Shown: piece by piece, positions 32,855 to 44,072 of the stretch
How the letters are laid out: every line of letters starts with the position of its first letter
Position numbering within the stretch: position 1 is the first letter of the stretch
Assembly: GCA_049852185.1 (NCBI GenBank)
Contig: CP187540.1
Source of the DNA: Methanocaldococcus sp. 28A
Lineage (GTDB): Archaea; AGJL01; Methanococci; Methanococcales; Methanocaldococcaceae
Direction: 5' to 3' (one strand)
DNA: 64,000 bases
Translations under genes and position numbers: made by a program
Notes under the pieces: model-generated
Told to the model about the DNA's origin: nothing
Database searches by the model: none
What the model saw: the letters and a program-made list of their open reading frames with translations, nothing else

Positions 32855-34177
32855 ATGCCAGAACTAATCAAACTGTCTAAAACAGTGGTGTTGAAAAGCA
32901 AACCATTAACAAGAACAAAAATAAAAATCATAGAGAATACTATCAAAGCGTATAAAGAAATTTTATCTATTGCCTTAGATTTTGGATTAAAGAATAAAAT
33001 AAAAGGACATATAAAGATTAGGAAAGGAATATACGAAGAAATAAAAAACAAATATCCGAAGTTGCCGACTCATTATATCTATACCGCCTCTCAAGATGCA
33101 TCCACAAGAATAAAAAGCTTTATATCCGTAAAAAAGAAAGGAAGAGTATATACAAAAATTCCAAAAATTAAGAAGGTATCTTTATGGTTGGATGAAACTT
33201 TATTTAACTACAAAGATTTCAAAACGAATATAGAAAAACTATATTCGATAGATAAAAAAGGAAAGAAAACATTGCATTTAAGATTATCTACACCGAACGG
33301 TAGAATAGTTATTCCTCTAAAACCACACAAACTGTTTTTTAAATTATTAAATGAAGGTTGGAAAATAAAATCGGGTTTTAAACTGAGATTGAATAAAGAA
33401 GATGGGACAGTAACAGTTTTAATCCCATTAGAAAAGGAAATAACTATTAATGATTATTATAAAGAGGTTTATGCATTAGATTTTAACTTGGACAATATAA
33501 CTTATGGTAATTTCGAAAATATAGGGATGATAAAAACTGATTTAGGAAAATTAACCGAAAAATACTCAAATATAATGGATAATATCCAAGAGAAATTCGC
33601 ATTTAAAGGTATTCACAAACAAGATAAACCGTTAAAGAGAAAAGGCATTATCTTGCTTAAAAAATTCGGTAGGAGATTAAAAAATATCAGAGAGGATATG
33701 TTAAAAAAGTTAGCTAATAATATAGCAAAAGAACTTAAAGAAAAAGAAGCAGTTTTAATTATCGAGGATTTATCAACCTATTTTAACCAAAATATTGCTA
33801 AAAAATCTTTTAAAAAGCTAAAACATAAATTACACAATATATCAGCCAAAAAATTTTTAGACAATCTTAAAAATAAGTGCTTAGAATTCGGAGTTATAGT
33901 TGTTAAGGTAAATCCAGCTTTCACTTCTATATTATGCCCAAACTGTGGAAATAGATTATCTCAATTATATAGATTAGCTGATGAGGAGGCTCTGCCTTCG
34001 AGGCTAATGTATTGCTTTGATTGTGGTTTCTATGCCGATAGAGATGTTATTGCTGTCTTTAATCTGATAAAAAGATTTCTGGGGCTGTATCCGTTCAGCC
34101 CGAAGTCCAATGAACCCACAGCAGAGGGAATGGTATTCCCGATGAAACTGTGGGCTGAGGACAACCCATTTCCTTAA
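32855..34177 (+). CDS. tnpB: TnpB RNA-guided endonuclease (IS200/IS605-IS607 OrfB)
   Basis: RuvC I ALDFN, RuvC II IIEDL, Zn finger CPNCG...CFDCG, RuvC III DRDVIAVFNL. Confidence 0.9.
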   Translation: MPELIKLSKTVVLKSKPLTRTKIKIIENTIKAYKEILSIALDFGLKNKIKGHIKIRKGIYEEIKNKYPKLPTHYIYTASQDASTRIKSFISVKKKGRVYTKIPKIKKVSLWLDETLFNYKDFKTNIEKLYSIDKKGKKTLHLRLSTPNGRIVIPLKPHKLFFKLLNEGWKIKSGFKLRLNKEDGTVTVLIPLEKEITINDYYKEVYALDFNLDNITYGNFENIGMIKTDLGKLTEKYSNIMDNIQEKFAFKGIHKQDKPLKRKGIILLKKFGRRLKNIREDMLKKLANNIAKELKEKEAVLIIEDLSTYFNQNIAKKSFKKLKHKLHNISAKKFLDNLKNKCLEFGVIVVKVNPAFTSILCPNCGNRLSQLYRLADEEALPSRLMYCFDCGFYADRDVIAVFNLIKRFLGLYPFSPKSNEPTAEGMVFPMKLWAEDNPFP

Positions 34178-34237
34178 TGATTTTATATAATTGTTGTTAA
34201 ATAAATACTATTATATGCTATAGAAATGGGAAACGGT
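34081..34237 (+). ncRNA. Putative TnpB omegaRNA/reRNA scaffold overlapping the tnpB 3' end
   Basis: GC-rich hairpins GGGCTG...CAGCCC and CCCACAG...GGGAAT/ATTCCC...CTGTGGG at the position where TnpB RNAs are normally encoded. Confidence 0.6.
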
Positions 34238-34244
34238 GTAGGTT

Positions 34245-35483
34245 ATGGTAAAGATTGCTTTATTAACTTGCGGAGCAGAATGGAGCGGAGTTTATCATGA
34301 AATTGAAAAGGCGGCACAAAAGGTTGGTGGAGAACTTATATTCCCTGAAGTTGATTTATCATATATTGATGAAGTTGAAGAGAGATTAGGGTTTAAAGTT
34401 GGCTCAGCTAATTTAAAATTAATGTTTGCAAGAGCAATGTCTATTATAGAGGGAAATACAGATGCTGAAGCTGTGTTTATAGCTACATGTTTCAGATGTG
34501 CTGAAGGTGCTTTGGTTAGGAATGAAGTAAGAAAGCTAATTCAACAGAACACAAATCTACCAGTTGTTATGTATTCATTTACTGAAAGAACAAAAGCTTC
34601 TGAGTTATTAACAAGGATGGAGGCATTAACTACAATTGTTGAAAGAAAATCATTATTAGCAAGAAAGAAGCAAGAGGGAATAAGTTTAGGTATTGATAGC
34701 GGTTCTACAACAACAAAGGCTGTTGTTATGATAGATGATGAAGTAGCTGGAACAGGATGGATTTATACAAAGGATGTTATTGAATCTGCTAAAGAAGCGG
34801 TTAATAATGCTTTAAATGAGGCTGGCATATCATTAGACCAAGTTGAAACTATAGGAACTACAGGATATGGAAGATACACAGTTGGAAAATACTTTAACGC
34901 TGATTTAATACAAGAAGAGCTAACGGTTAACTCAAAAGGAGCTGCTTATTTAGCAGATAAACAGGAGGGAGAAGCAACGGTTATAGATATTGGAGGAATG
35001 GATAACAAAGCTATTTCTCTATATGATGCTATCCCAGATGGATTTACTATGGGAGGAATCTGTGCTGGGGCAAGTGGTAGATTCTTTGAGATTACTGCAA
35101 GAAGGTTGGGGGTTTCTCTCCAAGAGTTAGGAGAGTTGGCAGCAAAAGGAGATTGGAGAAAGATAAACATGAACAGCTATTGTATAGTCTTTGGTATTCA
35201 AGATTTGGTTACTGCTTTAGCTGAGGGGGCTAAAGCTGAAGATGTAGCAGCTGCAGCTGCTCACTCAGTTGCTGAGCAAGTTTTTGAGCAACAACTTCAA
35301 GAGGTTGATGTTAGAGACCCAGTTATATTGGTTGGAGGTAGTAGTTTGTTAAAAGGTTTAGTTTTAGCAATGGAAGAGGTTTTAGGAAGGAAGATTATTG
35401 TCCCAAGATACTCTCAACTAATTGGAGCTGTTGGAGCCGCTTTATTGTCATCAGGATTTAGATATAAGAAAATAAAAGCTTAA
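34245..35483 (+). CDS. Methanogenesis marker protein 15 (BadF/BadG/BcrA/BcrD ATPase family)
   Basis: [39 protein letters not shown]. Confidence 0.9.
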   Translation: MVKIALLTCGAEWSGVYHEIEKAAQKVGGELIFPEVDLSYIDEVEERLGFKVGSANLKLMFARAMSIIEGNTDAEAVFIATCFRCAEGALVRNEVRKLIQQNTNLPVVMYSFTERTKASELLTRMEALTTIVERKSLLARKKQEGISLGIDSGSTTTKAVVMIDDEVAGTGWIYTKDVIESAKEAVNNALNEAGISLDQVETIGTTGYGRYTVGKYFNADLIQEELTVNSKGAAYLADKQEGEATVIDIGGMDNKAISLYDAIPDGFTMGGICAGASGRFFEITARRLGVSLQELGELAAKGDWRKINMNSYCIVFGIQDLVTALAEGAKAEDVAAAAAHSVAEQVFEQQLQEVDVRDPVILVGGSSLLKGLVLAMEEVLGRKIIVPRYSQLIGAVGAALLSSGFRYKKIKA

Positions 35484-35546
35484 AATAAATATTTTTAAAA
35501 TTTTTATTTTTAAATTTAATTTTAACTTTTCCAGTGGGGAGAGAAT

Positions 35547-36113
35547 ATGGCTGAGATAGTAGTATATTGTGAAGATAAAGCTGGAAAGGAGATTTATACA
35601 AAAGTTATCCAAACTGCATTGGAAGATTTATTATTAGGAAAATCAATAATTAGAGTAGAATTTATTGCTAAAGAAAAAGAACCATATTTTATATTGGGAG
35701 CTCTTCCAAAGCCAACAAGAAAGATTATTAAGCTTAGAGATTTTGCTGAAATTGTAGAGCAAAAGAAAGAAAACGATAGAGTAATATACAAATTAAAGAT
35801 TACCGACGAAACCTATGTTCCACACTTATTAAGAAAGATACATGTTATAGACCAACCGTCAAGGTTTGAAATTATTACAGATTCGGATATTGACTTAGAT
35901 ATGGAAGTTTATGATACAAGCAAAGATTTTATAGATAAAGTAATGGATTTTATGAATAGAGTGTTTCCAGAGGGTATGAGAATTAGAAACACTTATGTAG
36001 GAAAAGCAATAGTTTCTGTAGCTTCAGAACGACCAATAAAACCAGAAGAAAATGAAGAAGCTTTAAAATTAAAAGAAAAATTAGAAACAATGAATACTGC
36101 TGGCTATTACTAA
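35547..36113 (+). CDS. Methanogenesis marker protein 17
   Basis: KEPYFI, DETYVPHLL, RVFPEGMRIR, VASE; follows marker 15. Confidence 0.82.
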   Translation: MAEIVVYCEDKAGKEIYTKVIQTALEDLLLGKSIIRVEFIAKEKEPYFILGALPKPTRKIIKLRDFAEIVEQKKENDRVIYKLKITDETYVPHLLRKIHVIDQPSRFEIITDSDIDLDMEVYDTSKDFIDKVMDFMNRVFPEGMRIRNTYVGKAIVSVASERPIKPEENEEALKLKEKLETMNTAGYY

Positions 36114-36137
36114 AAAACTAAAAAATTTAATTTTTTT

Positions 36138-37007
36138 GTGATGACTATGATAATTTTAAGAAATGAGATTTGCGATAAATTGGAAAAAATAGTTAAAAAT
36201 TTAAAGATAGTTAAACACTGCATTGGCTGTGAAGGGATAAATTTAGAGATAGAGAATCCTCATCATCACCCATCAATAGAATTAACACAAAAGTGCAATT
36301 TAAACTGTATTTATTGTTATTCTAAACTAAAAAATGTAAAGAGGGGAATTTATGGAAATTTAGAAGAGGCAGAGGCAGTTACCATATCCCAATATGGAGA
36401 GCCGTTATTGGATTTGGAAGGAGTAAAAAAAGGTATTGAATTTTGTAAGGATTTAGGATTAAGAGTTGATTTACAAACAAATGGAATTTTATTAAATGAA
36501 AAAATTATAGAGGAATTTAAAGATTTAGGTTTAGATTTGATAATGATTAGTTTGAGCTCTTTTAGTAGTGAGAAATATAAATTATTGACAGGAAAAGATT
36601 ATTTTGAGAGAGTTTTAAATAATATAAAAATTGCTTCAAAATATTTGCATACAATTGTTAGAGCTATTTATATTCCAGGATTTAATGATAATGAGCTCTT
36701 AAATTTAGCTAAAGAACTTAATGGCTACGCTAATGAGATTATGGTTCATCAACTCATCTCCTACAAAGAGAACTTAAGTTTTTTAAAAAATGCGGGGATA
36801 GATTTGAATAATTTGGGAAAAATTAGGGATTTACTTTTAATAGTTGATGAAATGCAAAAAAATGCACCTAAAATTAATGTTACTATTAAAGGATGCTTAT
36901 TAGTTCAATTAAAGGAAATGGATGGTTTTATATTAAACAATATAACTTATGATGTGTTCTCGGAAGTTCCAGATATTAAAAGAGAATATAAGCCATTACC
37001 ATGGTGA
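36138..37007 (+). CDS. Radical SAM protein
   Basis: CNLNCIYC motif, SQYGEPLL, LQTNG. Confidence 0.88.
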   Translation: MMTMIILRNEICDKLEKIVKNLKIVKHCIGCEGINLEIENPHHHPSIELTQKCNLNCIYCYSKLKNVKRGIYGNLEEAEAVTISQYGEPLLDLEGVKKGIEFCKDLGLRVDLQTNGILLNEKIIEEFKDLGLDLIMISLSSFSSEKYKLLTGKDYFERVLNNIKIASKYLHTIVRAIYIPGFNDNELLNLAKELNGYANEIMVHQLISYKENLSFLKNAGIDLNNLGKIRDLLLIVDEMQKNAPKINVTIKGCLLVQLKEMDGFILNNITYDVFSEVPDIKREYKPLPW

Positions 37008-37011
37008 TTTT

Positions 37012-37695
37012 ATGGATTTTGAAAATTCACGAAAAAACTTCAATAAAGCTTCATCAAAAACTTTGGATTGTGTAGATAATGGCTTCGCCCATATAGATTT
37101 TGAAATTTTTGATACTGATTATATAACAATAATTTTTGTTAAAGATAAATTAGATTATACAGGAAGGGAGATAGAGCCGTTATGGGCATTTAAAACCTTT
37201 GATGTCCAAAAAGATAGCATAGTTGTTTTTAGAGGAAAGATGAATGTCTCTATAGATAATATGAAGGATTTGAAAGACATAAAAAGAGAAAAAAATATAA
37301 AGATTCCAATAAAATCAGAAGATGCTATAAATTTTGTTGTAGAGCATTTTGATGCCATTGATTTAAAGACAATATATTTAAGGCAGAGATTGTTGGTTTT
37401 TATAGCTAAGGAAGTAATTGAAAGTTATAATATAAGATTAAAAAGAGATGGGGATGATTTATACTTTGAAGATAAAAAATTATCTGTTTGTATAGCATGT
37501 AAAGGAACTGTTTCAGCAAAAATACATTTGGGGATAAATGTAAAATCAAAAGGAGCTGAGCATGTTAAAATTATAGGATTGGAAGATTTGGAAATAAACA
37601 ATGTTAATGAGGTTATGAGAAAGATAGCAATTAAATATGCTGAGGAAATAAATAAGATTGAAAAAGATTTAAGAAAAACTTTGCCATTATTATAA
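37012..37695 (+). CDS. DUF366 family protein (lipoate/biotin ligase-like fold)
   Basis: YTGREIEPLWA, YLRQRLLV, RDGDDLY, KLSVCIA, KIHLGINV; start uncertain. Confidence 0.8.
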   Translation: MDFENSRKNFNKASSKTLDCVDNGFAHIDFEIFDTDYITIIFVKDKLDYTGREIEPLWAFKTFDVQKDSIVVFRGKMNVSIDNMKDLKDIKREKNIKIPIKSEDAINFVVEHFDAIDLKTIYLRQRLLVFIAKEVIESYNIRLKRDGDDLYFEDKKLSVCIACKGTVSAKIHLGINVKSKGAEHVKIIGLEDLEINNVNEVMRKIAIKYAEEINKIEKDLRKTLPLL

Positions 37696-37709
37696 TTGGG
37701 TTGATTTAA

Positions 37710-38054
37710 ATGCTTCATATAATTTACAAATTTTTTATAAATTTTTGGAATTTCTTAAATGAATTGGCTGTCTATATAATAATTGGGCTGTTGATAGCTG
37801 GAATTCTTAAATATTTTTTACCAGATGACCTTATTAGAAAACATCTTGGAAATCCTACAACTTCATCAGTTGTAAAAAGTGTTTTATTTGGAATTCCTTT
37901 ACCTATCTGCTCTTGTTCAGTTATTTCAATAGGCGTTTCTTTAAAAAAGAGTGGAGCAAGTTCTGCATCTGTTTTATCTTTTTTAATAGCTACGCCCAAT
38001 TCCAGAGAAATCTTTAATATTATTTATTGGATTTATAATAATTTACTATTATAG
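37710..38054 (+). pseudogene. Truncated DUF318/ArsP-type permease
   Basis: GIPLPICSCSVI and FLIATP motifs, then the ORF ends early. Confidence 0.72.
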
Positions 38055-38172
38055 ATTAAAACCTATCCTTTTTCATTAAAAACATTTATCATGATTGTTC
38101 ATGAGCAAAAAAGGATATATACTACTTTTTTTAATTATATAAGTGAAAAAACATGTAAGGCATGGTGAAATT

Positions 38173-38343
38173 ATGAATACTAAGATGCAATATTTACATG
38201 TGAATGATGAAGAATTTAAAGAGTTAAATGACATAAAGAAAGATTTGACAAGGTCATATACAGGTAGTGAAAGTACAAAAATCATGGGCTATATATTAGC
38301 AGGATTAATTATAATCTCTGTAATTGCACCTATTCTATTTTAA
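38173..38343 (+). CDS. Small single-TM protein with weak MtrF-like C-terminus
   Basis: GGTGA RBS before ATG 38173; SESTKIMGYILAGLIII terminal helix. Confidence 0.5.
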   Translation: MNTKMQYLHVNDEEFKELNDIKKDLTRSYTGSESTKIMGYILAGLIIISVIAPILF

Positions 38344-38665
38344 ATTAGCGGAAATTTACAGACATAAAAAAAGATAGTAGTTTGAACTATTTTTATATAT
38401 AAGATTGCCAAAACGAAAAGATTATTAAGTCTAATAGCGCTATTATTTCTCTGCGAATATAGGGTAATTTATATCCCTCTACTATCAGGTAAAATTTCGC
38501 TCGCATAAAATATATTATTTGTAGAATTTTTGGAATTTCCGATTTCTTCACTTTATCTATATCTTTTTTGTCATATCTCTTTTATCCTATAGGCTAATAC
38601 ATTTGATGAGAGCTATGGTATTAAAATAATTTAAAAATTTAAAAATAAAATTAATTAGTGTATTT

Positions 38666-39658
38666 TTAATCTCCTCTATATTGCATTTTTTCAGTTTCGC
38701 TTATTTGAGTTATATCTATTCCTTTCATAGCTTCTCCTAAGTTCTTGCTAACCTCTGCAACAACATCTGGCTTATCGTAGTTATAGGTTGCTTCAACAAT
38801 TGCTCTTGCTCTTTCTAATGGGTTCTCTGATTTAAATATTCCTGAACCTACAAAAACTCCATCAGAACCGAGTTGCATCATTAATGCAGCGTCTGCAGGT
38901 GTTGCAACTCCTCCAGCCGCAAAATTAACTACTGGCAATCTTCCTAATTTTTTAACCTCTAATAAAACTTTATACAACCCATCAACAATCTCAGCCAATG
39001 TAAAGCCCTCATATATTGGTTCATTTTCTAAAACAGTTGCTGGCAATCCCATTCCTTCTCTAACAGTCTTAGCTAATTCAGCATATCTTTGAGCATAGAA
39101 TTTAGCAACTCCATAAACTTCTTCATCAGTCATTCTCTGCAATTGAGCTATAGCTTCATTCATCAATCTCATATGCCTTACTGCCTCAACAATGTTTCCA
39201 GTTCCTGCCTCTCCTTTTGTTCTTATCATAGCTGCTCCTTCCCAGATTCTTCTAACTGCCTCTCCTAAGTTTCTTGCCCCACAAACAAATGGAACGTTAA
39301 ATTTCTTCTTATATATGTGGAAGAATGGGTCAGCTTGGGTTAAAACTTCACTCTCATCAATCATATCTACGCCAATAGCCTCTAAAACCTCTGCTTCTGT
39401 TATATGTCCAATTCTACACTTAGCCATAACTGGAATTGAAACAGCATCCATTATCTCCTCAATTAAAGCTGGGTCTGACATCCTTGCAACTCCACCAGTT
39501 GCCCTAATATCTGCAGGAACTCTTTCTAAAGCCATAACTGCAACAGCTCCTGCTTCTTCAGCTATTTGAGCTTGTTCAACATTAGTAACATCCATTACAA
39601 CTCCATGCTTCACCATCTTAGCAAATCCTTTCTTTAACAAATCAGTTCCTTTTTTCAT
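38666..39658 (-). CDS. pdxS: Pyridoxal 5'-phosphate synthase subunit PdxS
   Basis: [46 protein letters not shown]. Confidence 0.96.
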   Translation of the reverse strand: MKKGTDLLKKGFAKMVKHGVVMDVTNVEQAQIAEEAGAVAVMALERVPADIRATGGVARMSDPALIEEIMDAVSIPVMAKCRIGHITEAEVLEAIGVDMIDESEVLTQADPFFHIYKKKFNVPFVCGARNLGEAVRRIWEGAAMIRTKGEAGTGNIVEAVRHMRLMNEAIAQLQRMTDEEVYGVAKFYAQRYAELAKTVREGMGLPATVLENEPIYEGFTLAEIVDGLYKVLLEVKKLGRLPVVNFAAGGVATPADAALMMQLGSDGVFVGSGIFKSENPLERARAIVEATYNYDKPDVVAEVSKNLGEAMKGIDITQISETEKMQYRGD

Positions 39659-39789
39659 AACTGTCCCTCCATAAGCTATGAATTATTTAAAAGTTATTAT
39701 TATGTTATATCTATAAATAACTTAACTCATAATAGAGTTTGGTCATAAGGTATATAATTTTTTATAATCGAGATTTAAGAACCCTAAGT

Positions 39790-40360
39790 TCGATTCTTGA
39801 GCAAATAAATTATTTTTAATCATATAGAAGTAATTTAGTTTTTATGTATTGAATAGTATTTTAAAGTATGACTTTACAGCATAATAATATTGCGTTGTAA
39901 TTTTTACATGACTATGTATATTAGCCTCGATTTTGACTCTAAATCGATAAATACTATTAAATTTTCTTGGATGATTTTTCTGCAATTAATTGAGCGTTTA
40001 ACTTCGATTCATATCCTTTATCTGCTAAAACGCATAAAATATCGCTTATATTAGCCAATAGCTTCTTCAAATATGGCCTACTTTTTCCACAAATAGTTGA
40101 TTTCAATGACAGGTATCTAATTCAAGCTCCTTTAAAATCCAATCGTTGGATTTCAAATATCTTATCTTTAAATAATACTGCTATTGCTCTTGGATTATAA
40201 CCTGGTCTCCCAGTCTAATCGTTCTTTAATCTATATGGAGGCTCTATCTAAAAAACAGCTTGTTTTATCATAGAAACATCCTTATCGTTATATCTCTCCA
40301 TAACTTCGTATTCGTTATAATAGGTCTCTTTCACTTTTTTCGCTTCATATCCATACACCC
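39790..40360 (-). mobile_element. Degenerate IS5-like transposase relic (boundaries approximate)
   Basis: Minus-strand fragments IEPPYRLKND*TGRPGYNPRAIAVL and LCVLADKGY, with many stops. Confidence 0.6.
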
Positions 40361-40429
40361 CCTCTTTATTTTTGTTATTTATTATTTATACACTTTTTGT
40401 CAAAATCGTCATAATTATAATCTATTTTT

Positions 40430-40790
40430 TTACGAATAAGAGGGTATCGAGGTAGCATCTTGTTCTAGAGACATAAATACCTAAGCATTCTTTAGATACT
40501 ACATGGATAGCAGACCATACGTAAATAGTTTCATTTTCAATCTTTAGTTTAGTTTCATCGATTGCTATTAGGTTTCTTATCTTTCTTTCAGTCTTATTTA
40601 AAATAGTCTAACCGATTCATAGCTTATACTCTCAAATTGAGATGGGAACAAACTAATTTTCCTCAACGATATCCCTAAGTAATACAAAATCCCCTGCTAA
40701 GATTTTAATCTCTATCGACTTCTTATTTTTCTAATATTCATAATCCTTTCCTTTAACATTGTATCGTAAGTTTCATATTTTTCTATTTTT
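40430..40790 (-). mobile_element. Degenerate IS6-family transposase relic
   Basis: Minus strand [40 protein letters not shown], typical of archaeal IS6. Confidence 0.75.
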
Positions 40791-40865
40791 TTATATACAC
40801 TATTAAACTTTATTAAACTTTTTATCTTAAAAGTCTCTGATTATGTTAGGCAATAATGCTAGTTT

Positions 40866-42491
40866 TTGGTGATAAAAATGAAAACTGATATTCTAATTAT
40901 AGGTGGAGGAGGTGCTGCTGCAAGAGCAGCAATAGAAGGTAGAGATAAAAATGTCATAATAGCTGTTAAAGGATTATTTGGAAAAAGTGGATGCACAGTT
41001 ATGGCTGAAGGAGGATATAATGCAGTTTTTAACCCAAAAGATAGTTTTAAAAAGCATTTTTATGATACAGTAAAAGGTGGAGGATTTATAAACAATCCAA
41101 AGTTGGTAGAGATTTTAGTTAAAAACGCTCCTAAGGAACTTTTAAACTTAGAAAAGTTTGGAGCTTTGTTTGATAGAAATGAAGATGGATTTATAGCTCA
41201 AAGACCATTTGGTGGGCAGAGTTTTAATAGAACATGTTACTGTGGTGATAGAACAGGACATGAGATAATGAGGGGATTGATGGAATATCTATCAAAATTT
41301 GAAAGGATTAAAATTTTAGAAGAAGTTATGGCAATAAAGTTAATTGTTAATGATAATAGATGCTATGGGGCTATATTTTTAGATTTAAAAACTGGAGAGA
41401 TATTTCCAATATTTGCCAAAGCTACAATATTAGCTACCGGAGGAGCAGGGCAACTCTATCCTATAACGTCCAATCCAATACAAAAGACAGGAGATGGATT
41501 TGCAATTGCTTATAATGAAGGAGCTGAACTTATAGATATGGAAATGGTACAATTCCATCCAACAGGAATGGTTGGAACAGGAATTTTAGTTACAGAGGCG
41601 GTTAGAGGAGAAGGAGGGATTTTATATAACAAAAATAAAGAAAGATTTATGGCAAAGTATGATAAGGAAAGAATGGAATTATCAACAAGAGATGTTGTTG
41701 CAAGAGCAATTTATAGAGAGATTCAAGAGGGGAGAGGAGTCAATGGAGGAGTTTATTTAGATGTCTCTCACTTGCCAAATGAAGTTATTGAAAAGAAGTT
41801 AGAGACTATGTTAAAGCAGTTTTTAAGGATTGGAATAGATATTAGAAAAGAGCCAATGATAGTATCTCCAACTGCTCATCATTTTATGGGTGGTTTAAAG
41901 ATTAATGAGAAGTGTGAAACTAACATAATTGGTTTATTTGCCTGTGGAGAAATTACAGGAGGAGTTCATGGAGCTAATAGATTGGGAGGAAATGCCTTAG
42001 CAGATACGCAAGTATTTGGAGCTATTGCTGGAAAATCAGCTAAAGAATTTGTTGAAAATAATGAATTTGAAAATATTGATAATGAAGAAGATGTTACAAA
42101 AATATTAGATGAAATAAAAAGCTTAGATGGAAATTTAAACGTCTATAATTTAATTGATGATTTAAAAAAGATTATGTGGAATTATGTATCTATTATTAGA
42201 AATAAAGAAGGATTAGAAAAAGCCTTAGAAAAAATTGACGAAATTGAGAAAAATATAGATGATATCAAAGTTAATGGAATTATTGATTTGCAGAAATACT
42301 TTGAATTAAAAAATATGGCTGTTGTTGCAAAATTGGTTATAAAATCTGCTTTGTATAGAGAGGAAAGTAGAGGAGCTCATTATAGAGAAGATTTTCCAGA
42401 AACAAAAGAAGAGTGGAGAGGAAATATTATAATAAAAGGAAAGAAAATGTGGTTTGAAAAGCTAAATTACGATATTGAGGAATATTTATAG
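40866..42491 (+). CDS. tfrA: Thiol:fumarate reductase flavoprotein subunit A
   Basis: IIGGGGAA, SGCTVMAEGG, QFHPTG, EAVRGEGG, AHHFMGG, HGANRLGGN, ESRGAHYR. Confidence 0.9.
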   Translation: MVIKMKTDILIIGGGGAAARAAIEGRDKNVIIAVKGLFGKSGCTVMAEGGYNAVFNPKDSFKKHFYDTVKGGGFINNPKLVEILVKNAPKELLNLEKFGALFDRNEDGFIAQRPFGGQSFNRTCYCGDRTGHEIMRGLMEYLSKFERIKILEEVMAIKLIVNDNRCYGAIFLDLKTGEIFPIFAKATILATGGAGQLYPITSNPIQKTGDGFAIAYNEGAELIDMEMVQFHPTGMVGTGILVTEAVRGEGGILYNKNKERFMAKYDKERMELSTRDVVARAIYREIQEGRGVNGGVYLDVSHLPNEVIEKKLETMLKQFLRIGIDIRKEPMIVSPTAHHFMGGLKINEKCETNIIGLFACGEITGGVHGANRLGGNALADTQVFGAIAGKSAKEFVENNEFENIDNEEDVTKILDEIKSLDGNLNVYNLIDDLKKIMWNYVSIIRNKEGLEKALEKIDEIEKNIDDIKVNGIIDLQKYFELKNMAVVAKLVIKSALYREESRGAHYREDFPETKEEWRGNIIIKGKKMWFEKLNYDIEEYL

Positions 42492-42929
42492 AACTTTCGC
42501 AGTTTATATATTAAATAACTGAAAGTGTGAATTAACGAAAAGAGTCTTAAAAGCAAAAACCAGGAATAGGATGGGGTTAAATAATTTATTAAAAAACGGT
42601 GATACCTATATGTTAGCAACATTTAGTGATATACGGGTTGATTCTATAAATAGTTTAGGGATATGTTCTTCGTATGGAGTGATGGGAACATTAACACCGA
42701 TAAAGACGATTAGAGGGATATCTATTACCTATATAATCAGTTATCTAACCTTCCCTATATTTTAGATAACAATAGATACAAATTTGTTGCGATAGTTGAT
42801 TCAATGTGAACGTAATTATCTAACCTCAAAAAGTAATATCGGTTTTGTTAAATTTGTAGTTACAATAAATACAATACTAAAGTAATTAAAGAGCATAGTA
42901 AAGAACTAATAAAGAAAGGACTATCGTAA

Positions 42930-43100
42930 TCACACAGTCAGTTTATATTGATATATTGCCTTAGATTTTATTTTATCTCTTCCAATTTTTGAATATTTGA
43001 ATATTTCACCTATTGGAACAATACCTAAAAGAAACGAAATAATACCAACATAAAAATATATTCCTAAACCTATCCCTATTAAAGAATAAGAACTAAACAT
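42930..43100 (-). CDS. Small membrane ORF or gene fragment (56 aa)
   Basis: MFSSYSLIGIGLGIYFYVGIISFLLGIVPIG... behind GGTG RBS. Confidence 0.3.
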   Translation of the reverse strand: MFSSYSLIGIGLGIYFYVGIISFLLGIVPIGEIFKYSKIGRDKIKSKAIYQYKLTV

Positions 43101-43186
43101 ATTAACACCAAATTTTATTATGATAAACTATACTATTTCATTCTCATACCTGTCATATTTAAATATATAAAAATTTTGGTGAAAAC

Positions 43187-44068
43187 ATGAATCCTTTTGA
43201 TATAATGAAAGCTTCTCAAATAGCGTGCTGTTTAGAAGTTAGCTCTTTCAAACCCGGAAATGTTCATAGAAATAGGGACTATAAAGATATCAAATATCAT
43301 CACTTTATAAACTCTGGAATTGCAATTGGAAACGTTGTTTATGAAGCGGCTCAAAAAGATAGAAATGTTGGTTTATACATAAAAAAGGCTGTAATTGAGA
43401 GCAAAAAATGGTCACCAACTAATGCAAATTTAGGAATTATAATGCTACACATCCCTATAGCAATGGCTGCTGGAAAATTAGATAGTTTTGATGAAAATAA
43501 ATTAAAAGATAATTTAAAGAAAATTGCCGAAAATACAACTGTTGAAGATGCAATAAACGTCTATGATGCTATAAATATAGCAATGGCTTATGTCAATAAA
43601 CCAAAGAAGGGTCCTGATGTCACTTCAGAAGATGCAAAAAAAGAACTTATTAAAAAAAATTTAACTCTTTTAGATGTTTATAAAATATCTGCAGAATGGG
43701 ATAATATAAGTAAAGAATGGGTTGATAACTTTAAAATCTCATTTGAGGGCTATAATTTATTAAAAAAGTATTATGAGGAACTCAACAACATAAACTTAGC
43801 TGTAACAAAAACATTTTTAAACCTATTGGCTAAATATCCTGATACATTAATTGCAAGAAAGAAAGGTTTTGAAACTGCTTTAAAAGTTTCTAAAATGGCT
43901 GAAGATGTGTTAAATAACTTTAAAGAAGAAAAAGTCATAGAATTTGACAAATATTTATCAAAAGAAGGAAACAAATTAAATCCTGGAACTACTGCTGATT
44001 TAATTGCTTCATCATTAATGATATTTATATTAGATAGAATAGACAATGGAAAAACAATACTTTGGTGA
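43187..44068 (+). CDS. CitG family triphosphoribosyl-dephospho-CoA synthase-like protein
   Basis: [37 protein letters not shown]. Confidence 0.88.
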   Translation: MNPFDIMKASQIACCLEVSSFKPGNVHRNRDYKDIKYHHFINSGIAIGNVVYEAAQKDRNVGLYIKKAVIESKKWSPTNANLGIIMLHIPIAMAAGKLDSFDENKLKDNLKKIAENTTVEDAINVYDAINIAMAYVNKPKKGPDVTSEDAKKELIKKNLTLLDVYKISAEWDNISKEWVDNFKISFEGYNLLKKYYEELNNINLAVTKTFLNLLAKYPDTLIARKKGFETALKVSKMAEDVLNNFKEEKVIEFDKYLSKEGNKLNPGTTADLIASSLMIFILDRIDNGKTILW

Positions 44069-44072
44069 GAGA

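Larger units (their letters stand above)
32737..34237 (+). mobile_element. Non-autonomous TnpB-only element (IS607-like ends; boundaries approximate)
   Basis: Imperfect terminal inverted repeats (ACAGTTTCTTAGTTTCTGTATCATAT vs ATATGCTATAGAAATGGGAAACGGT); no tnpA ORF. Confidence 0.6.

Noticed and set aside
38440-38510. Weak stem GCGAATAT...TTTCGC downstream of the small TM gene
   Set aside because: Pairing is short and there is no second copy or family motif to support an RNA call
42571-42765. 64-aa ORF after tfrA
   Set aside because: Lies in degenerate sequence following an IS-like end; no motif support
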